DNA of 64,000 bases, taken from assembly GCA_021108075.1 (NCBI GenBank), contig JAIORP010000030.1, forward strand, positions 133-64,132, read 5' to 3'. Both the position numbers and the translations under genes were made by a program. Each line of letters starts with the position of its first letter. The stretch's first letter is position 1. The stretch is from Candidatus Omnitrophota bacterium. Lineage in GTDB: Bacteria > Omnitrophota > Gorgyraeia > Zapsychrales > Zapsychraceae. Below, in pieces: positions 60,218 to 64,000 of this stretch. The notes under the pieces are model-generated. The model searched no databases and was not told the DNA's origin. It saw only the letters and a program-made list of their open reading frames with translations.

Positions 60218-60601
60218 ATGGAAAAAACAATTTTTTATCATGATACAGATGCCGGTGGTGTTGTCTATTATGCTAATTATTTGAAATATATGGAAGAGGC
60301 CCGGACGGTTTTTTTTATTCAGAAGGGGATAGCTTTAGAAGATTTAAAGGATGGTCAATTTTTTTATGCTGTCCGCAAGTGCTCCGTCACGTATCAAAGT
60401 CCGGCCAGATATGGTGATACGATAATATGTGAGACTCAACTGGAAAAAATCACGGCCGCTCAAATATTTTTCAAGCAAAATATTTATAATAAACAGGACA
60501 ATCGGATACTCGTAACAGCGGATGTGACACTCGTTTGTTTAACGGCTGATTTTAAGGCCACAACAGTCTCCGAAGAAGTGAAACAAAAGTTATCAGCTTA
60601 A
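60218..60601 (+). CDS. YbgC/4HBT-family acyl-CoA thioesterase
   Basis: YHDTDAGGVVYYANYLKYMEEART hot-dog signature. Confidence 0.92.
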   Translation: MEKTIFYHDTDAGGVVYYANYLKYMEEARTVFFIQKGIALEDLKDGQFFYAVRKCSVTYQSPARYGDTIICETQLEKITAAQIFFKQNIYNKQDNRILVTADVTLVCLTADFKATTVSEEVKQKLSA

Positions 60602-60630
60602 TTTTTAATGCCGAGTAAATGATTTAGGTC

Positions 60631-60659
60631 TTGTCAATGGATGTGTTTAATGGTACTAT
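60631..60659 (+). promoter_or_regulatory. Putative promoter of gatCAB
   Basis: TTGTCA-N17-TACTAT with TG extension. Confidence 0.55.
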
Positions 60660-60700
60660 AAAATTTCAATTTTTTATTAAATTAATGAACAATAATAACT

Positions 60701-60985
60701 ATGCTGTCAGAAAAACAAGTCCAACAGATAGCGTCTTTAGCGCGAATTCATTTAAATCCAAATGATATCAGCTTTTTGCAAAAGGATTTAGAGAAAATAC
60801 TGGATTACATTGACCAATTAAACAATTTGGATGTTAAGGATATTGAGCCGACCAGTCATGTCTTGCCGCTTAAGAACGTCTTTCGGGATGATGTGCTCAA
60901 GGAATCTCTCGATCAAAATACCGCCTTGAGTATCGCTGTAGAGAAGAAAAATGGTTCATTTAAAGTCCCCAAAATCATTGAATAA
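60701..60985 (+). CDS. gatC: Asp/Glu-tRNA amidotransferase subunit C
   Basis: IASLARI, IL.Y..QL..LD, R.D, FKVPKII. Confidence 0.96.
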   Translation: MLSEKQVQQIASLARIHLNPNDISFLQKDLEKILDYIDQLNNLDVKDIEPTSHVLPLKNVFRDDVLKESLDQNTALSIAVEKKNGSFKVPKIIE

Positions 60986-61003
60986 TGAAACTCTGTCTTT
61001 CTT

Positions 61004-62443
61004 ATGGAATTATATGAATTAACAGCGCATGAATTGCTGGATCAAATAAAAAATAACGCAACAACTCCGCGGGATATTCAACAATCGCTTAAAGAACAAA
61101 TTGAGCGGGTTGATCAGAAGGTTCATGCCTATGTGCGCCTGTTTGCTGATGGTTTGAATGCAATTCCTGATCCCCAGAATGCTTGTCCGATTCCCATTGC
61201 GATTAAAGATAATATGTGTGTGTCGGGGCAAGAAACGACATGCGCGTCAACCATTCTGGCCGGTTTTGTCCCGCCGTATGATGCCACGGTTATTCAAAGG
61301 ATTAAGACACAGGGTTGTCCGCTTATCGGCCATGTGAATATGGATGAATTTGCCTTCGGATCATCAACAGAAACGTCTTGTTACGGTCCGACGTCTAATC
61401 CCTGGAATTTGGAATGTGTGCCAGGTGGTTCGAGCGGTGGATCAGCTGCTGTTGTCGCGTCCAGTGAATCGGTCTGGGCGATTGGCTCTGATACAGGCGG
61501 ATCGATTCGTCAACCAGCTGCTTTATGTGGAATCGTCGGGATGAAGCCAACCTACGGACGTGTCTCCCGTTATGGTCTGATCGCCTTTGCCTCTAGCTTG
61601 GACCAGATTGGACCCTTAACTAAGGATGTGCGCGACTCCGCGTTATTGCTGAATATTATCGCCGGACCTGATCCGATGGACTCGACTTGTATTGACCGAC
61701 CGGTTCCAGACTATACACAATCTTTGGTCAATGATGTCAGGGGATTGAAAATCGGCATTCCCAAAGAATATTTTATTGAAGGAATGCAACCTGACGTCAA
61801 GGCCCGCGTTTTAGACGCGATTAAATTGTTGAAAAAGCAAGGGGCAGAATTTGTCGATATCACCCTGCCCCATACTGAATATGCGGTCGCAACATATTAT
61901 ATCATTGGTACGGCTGAAGCGAGTTCAAACTTAGCCCGTTATGATGGTGTTCAATACGGTTTACGCAAACAACCGGATCACTTGCGAAAGTCCACATTAG
62001 TCGATATGTATGAAGAAACCCGTTCGCGTGGTTTTGGCAAGGAAGCGAAACGTCGGGTGATGTTAGGTGCGTATTCTCTATCGGCCGGATATTATGATGC
62101 TTATTATTTAAAGGGTTTAAAGGTCCGCACATTGATCAAGCAAGATTTTGATAAAGCTTTTGATATTGTTGATGCGATTATTACACCGACATCTCCGACG
62201 ACAGCGTTTAAAATCGGGGAAAAGATTGATGACCCATTAGCGATGTATTTATCGGATATTTATACCATTTCAGCAAATCTAGCCGGTATCCCCGCGATCT
62301 CAATCCCGTGCGGTTTTGGGAATGATGGCTTGCCGGTTGGTCTACAAATTATGACGAAACCGTTTGACGAAGAAATGATGTTTCGTGTTGCTTACGCGTA
62401 TGAACAAAACACAGAGTGGCATAAGCAGCGTGTCCAACTATAG
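61004..62443 (+). CDS. gatA: Asp/Glu-tRNA amidotransferase subunit A
   Basis: [36 protein letters not shown]. Confidence 0.98.
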   Translation: MELYELTAHELLDQIKNNATTPRDIQQSLKEQIERVDQKVHAYVRLFADGLNAIPDPQNACPIPIAIKDNMCVSGQETTCASTILAGFVPPYDATVIQRIKTQGCPLIGHVNMDEFAFGSSTETSCYGPTSNPWNLECVPGGSSGGSAAVVASSESVWAIGSDTGGSIRQPAALCGIVGMKPTYGRVSRYGLIAFASSLDQIGPLTKDVRDSALLLNIIAGPDPMDSTCIDRPVPDYTQSLVNDVRGLKIGIPKEYFIEGMQPDVKARVLDAIKLLKKQGAEFVDITLPHTEYAVATYYIIGTAEASSNLARYDGVQYGLRKQPDHLRKSTLVDMYEETRSRGFGKEAKRRVMLGAYSLSAGYYDAYYLKGLKVRTLIKQDFDKAFDIVDAIITPTSPTTAFKIGEKIDDPLAMYLSDIYTISANLAGIPAISIPCGFGNDGLPVGLQIMTKPFDEEMMFRVAYAYEQNTEWHKQRVQL

Positions 62444-62460
62444 AAGGCATGACATAACAG

Positions 62461-63906
62461 ATGAATCAATTAAAACAAGAATTTGAAACAGTTATTGGAT
62501 TGGAAGTCCACTTGCAGCTTAACACAGCAACAAAGATTTTTTGTGGTTGTGCAAACGTGTTCGGCGATGATCCCAATACGAATACGTGTCCGGTTTGTCT
62601 GGGATTGCCGGGTACGTTGCCTGTCTTAAATAAACAGGCCTTGTTCTCTTCGATCAAAATCGGTCTGGCTTTGAATTGTCAAATCAATCCTTATATTAAA
62701 TTTGACCGCAAGAACTATTATTATCCTGATCTTCCCAAAGGTTATCAAATTTCTCAATTTGATTTGCCGGTTGCATGGGATGGGCATATTGATATCAGCG
62801 TTGGGAACGGTCAAAAGAAGACGATCCGGATCAAGCGCGCGCATATGGAAGAAGATGCGGGAAAGCTGATCCATGACAATAATGCTGACTGCAGTCTCGT
62901 TGATTATAACCGGACGGGAACACCTCTGATGGAGATTGTGACCGAACCGGATTTGCGCTTCTCACAGGAAGCTTATGATTATTTACATATCCTTAAATTG
63001 ACGTTGCAGTACTTAAACATTTCTGACTGCGACATGGAAAAAGGAAGCTTGCGTTGTGATGCCAATATTTCAATCCGTCCTAAAGGGCAAACAACACTCG
63101 GGACTAAGACAGAATTGAAAAATATGAATTCTTTTAAAGCTGTAAAAGCTGCTTTGGAGTATGAAGAAAAACGGCATCGCAAGGTCATTCTTGACGGCGG
63201 TCAAATTAGTCAAGAGACGTTGTTGTGGGATGAGAACCGACAACGGACTTTAACGATGCGTACAAAAGAAGACGCCCATGATTACCGTTATTTTTCCGAA
63301 CCGGATTTAGTACCATTTGTCGTTGATGAGAAGGCAATCCAGGATATTAAGAATTCATTGCCGGAAAACCCGGACGAGAAATTAGAGAGATTTATTCGTG
63401 ATTATGAATTGTCATCATATGACGCGGGCATCCTGGTCGCGGACTTATCTTTGGCCAATTTTTTTGAGGACTGCGCGAAAATGTATCCCGACACAAAGAA
63501 AATTTGTAACTGGATCAACGGAGCCTTGTTACAGGAACTAAATGCCCGCAAGCTCAACCTAAAAGACATTGATCTGTCGGTCAACGATTTTATTGCGATC
63601 ATTAAGAAAGTCGATGGAAATATTTTAAGCAATTTAGCGGCAAAGGACGCTTTGCGGTATGTTATTGATACAGGCAAAAGTACGGAGGAGATTATTAAGG
63701 AAAAAGGATTGGCCCAGGTTTCTGATGAGGGGTCGTTGCTGGTAGTTATCGATGAAGTTATAAAGGAAAATGAAACGGTGGTTCAAGAGATTAAGTCCGG
63801 TAAAGAAAGCGCAATCGGTTTTCTGATCGGGCAGGCCATGCGCAAAACTAAGGGGAAAGCCAATCCTAAAAAAGTTGGCGATTTGATCAAACAAAAATTA
63901 CTATAA
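62461..63906 (+). CDS. gatB: Asp/Glu-tRNA amidotransferase subunit B
   Basis: VIGLEVHLQL, FDRKNYYYPDLPKGYQISQ, GSLRCDANIS, HDYRYF. Confidence 0.98.
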   Translation: MNQLKQEFETVIGLEVHLQLNTATKIFCGCANVFGDDPNTNTCPVCLGLPGTLPVLNKQALFSSIKIGLALNCQINPYIKFDRKNYYYPDLPKGYQISQFDLPVAWDGHIDISVGNGQKKTIRIKRAHMEEDAGKLIHDNNADCSLVDYNRTGTPLMEIVTEPDLRFSQEAYDYLHILKLTLQYLNISDCDMEKGSLRCDANISIRPKGQTTLGTKTELKNMNSFKAVKAALEYEEKRHRKVILDGGQISQETLLWDENRQRTLTMRTKEDAHDYRYFSEPDLVPFVVDEKAIQDIKNSLPENPDEKLERFIRDYELSSYDAGILVADLSLANFFEDCAKMYPDTKKICNWINGALLQELNARKLNLKDIDLSVNDFIAIIKKVDGNILSNLAAKDALRYVIDTGKSTEEIIKEKGLAQVSDEGSLLVVIDEVIKENETVVQEIKSGKESAIGFLIGQAMRKTKGKANPKKVGDLIKQKLL

Positions 63907-63946
63907 ATTTTATGTTTTACTCATTTTTCAATAAGGAGGATGATAT

Positions 63947-64000
63947 ATGAAAAAGAAGTTTCTTACTTTCTTGTCGGCATCTGTTATCTTATTTTCATTA
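63947..64000 (+). CDS. 5' fragment of an exported protein (runs off the window)
   Basis: AAGGAGG RBS, then MKKKFLTFLSASVILFSL, a signal-peptide-like start. Confidence 0.6.
   Translation, partial: MKKKFLTFLSASVILFSL

Noticed and set aside
59973-60284. 103-aa ORF with TTG start
   Set aside because: No RBS or recognisable motif; crosses the hairpin element and overlaps the thioesterase out of frame
1010-63894. Numerous 60-140 aa ORFs nested in or antisense to housekeeping genes
   Set aside because: No motifs or RBS; expected shadow ORFs

Overview
Gene-dense chromosomal window of a diderm bacterium, almost entirely on the + strand. Gene order and sequence style suggest Candidatus Omnitrophota (PVC group), but this is an inference. 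Contents in order: a GAF-PAS/NarL two-component pair, rplM-rpsI, a large argCJBDFGH-lysA-dapFABL-folK-panC-nadX cluster, a lysine-rich histone-like protein, uvrA, and a TPR-ExbB-ExbD-(short TonB-like) module next to a type IV pilus locus (pilMN fusion, pilO, pilP-like, secretin, MshEN-PilB, pilC, five pilins). These are followed by tRNA-Ala(CGC), rsmE, a GT-C/TPR glycosyltransferase, recA-recX-alaS, hisDBHAFI-trpE, rpsP, yajC-secDF, mfd, surA-pdxA-rsmA, a PilZ protein, a thioesterase and gatCAB. Most notable: (1) a GEMM-I cyclic-dinucleotide riboswitch with U at the ligand-specificity position 20 and a branched P3 extension, gating the pilin genes through an intrinsic terminator; (2) a roughly 650-aa mini-Mfd lacking D1/D3 and the autoinhibitory D7; (3) the ExbBD motor module beside the pilus genes; (4) an unfamiliar duplicated-domain, Lys-rich nucleoid-protein candidate; (5) a HisB with altered metal and catalytic motifs; (6) two small non-autonomous mobile element types. 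All calls come from reading motifs by eye; no database searches or folding computations were run.
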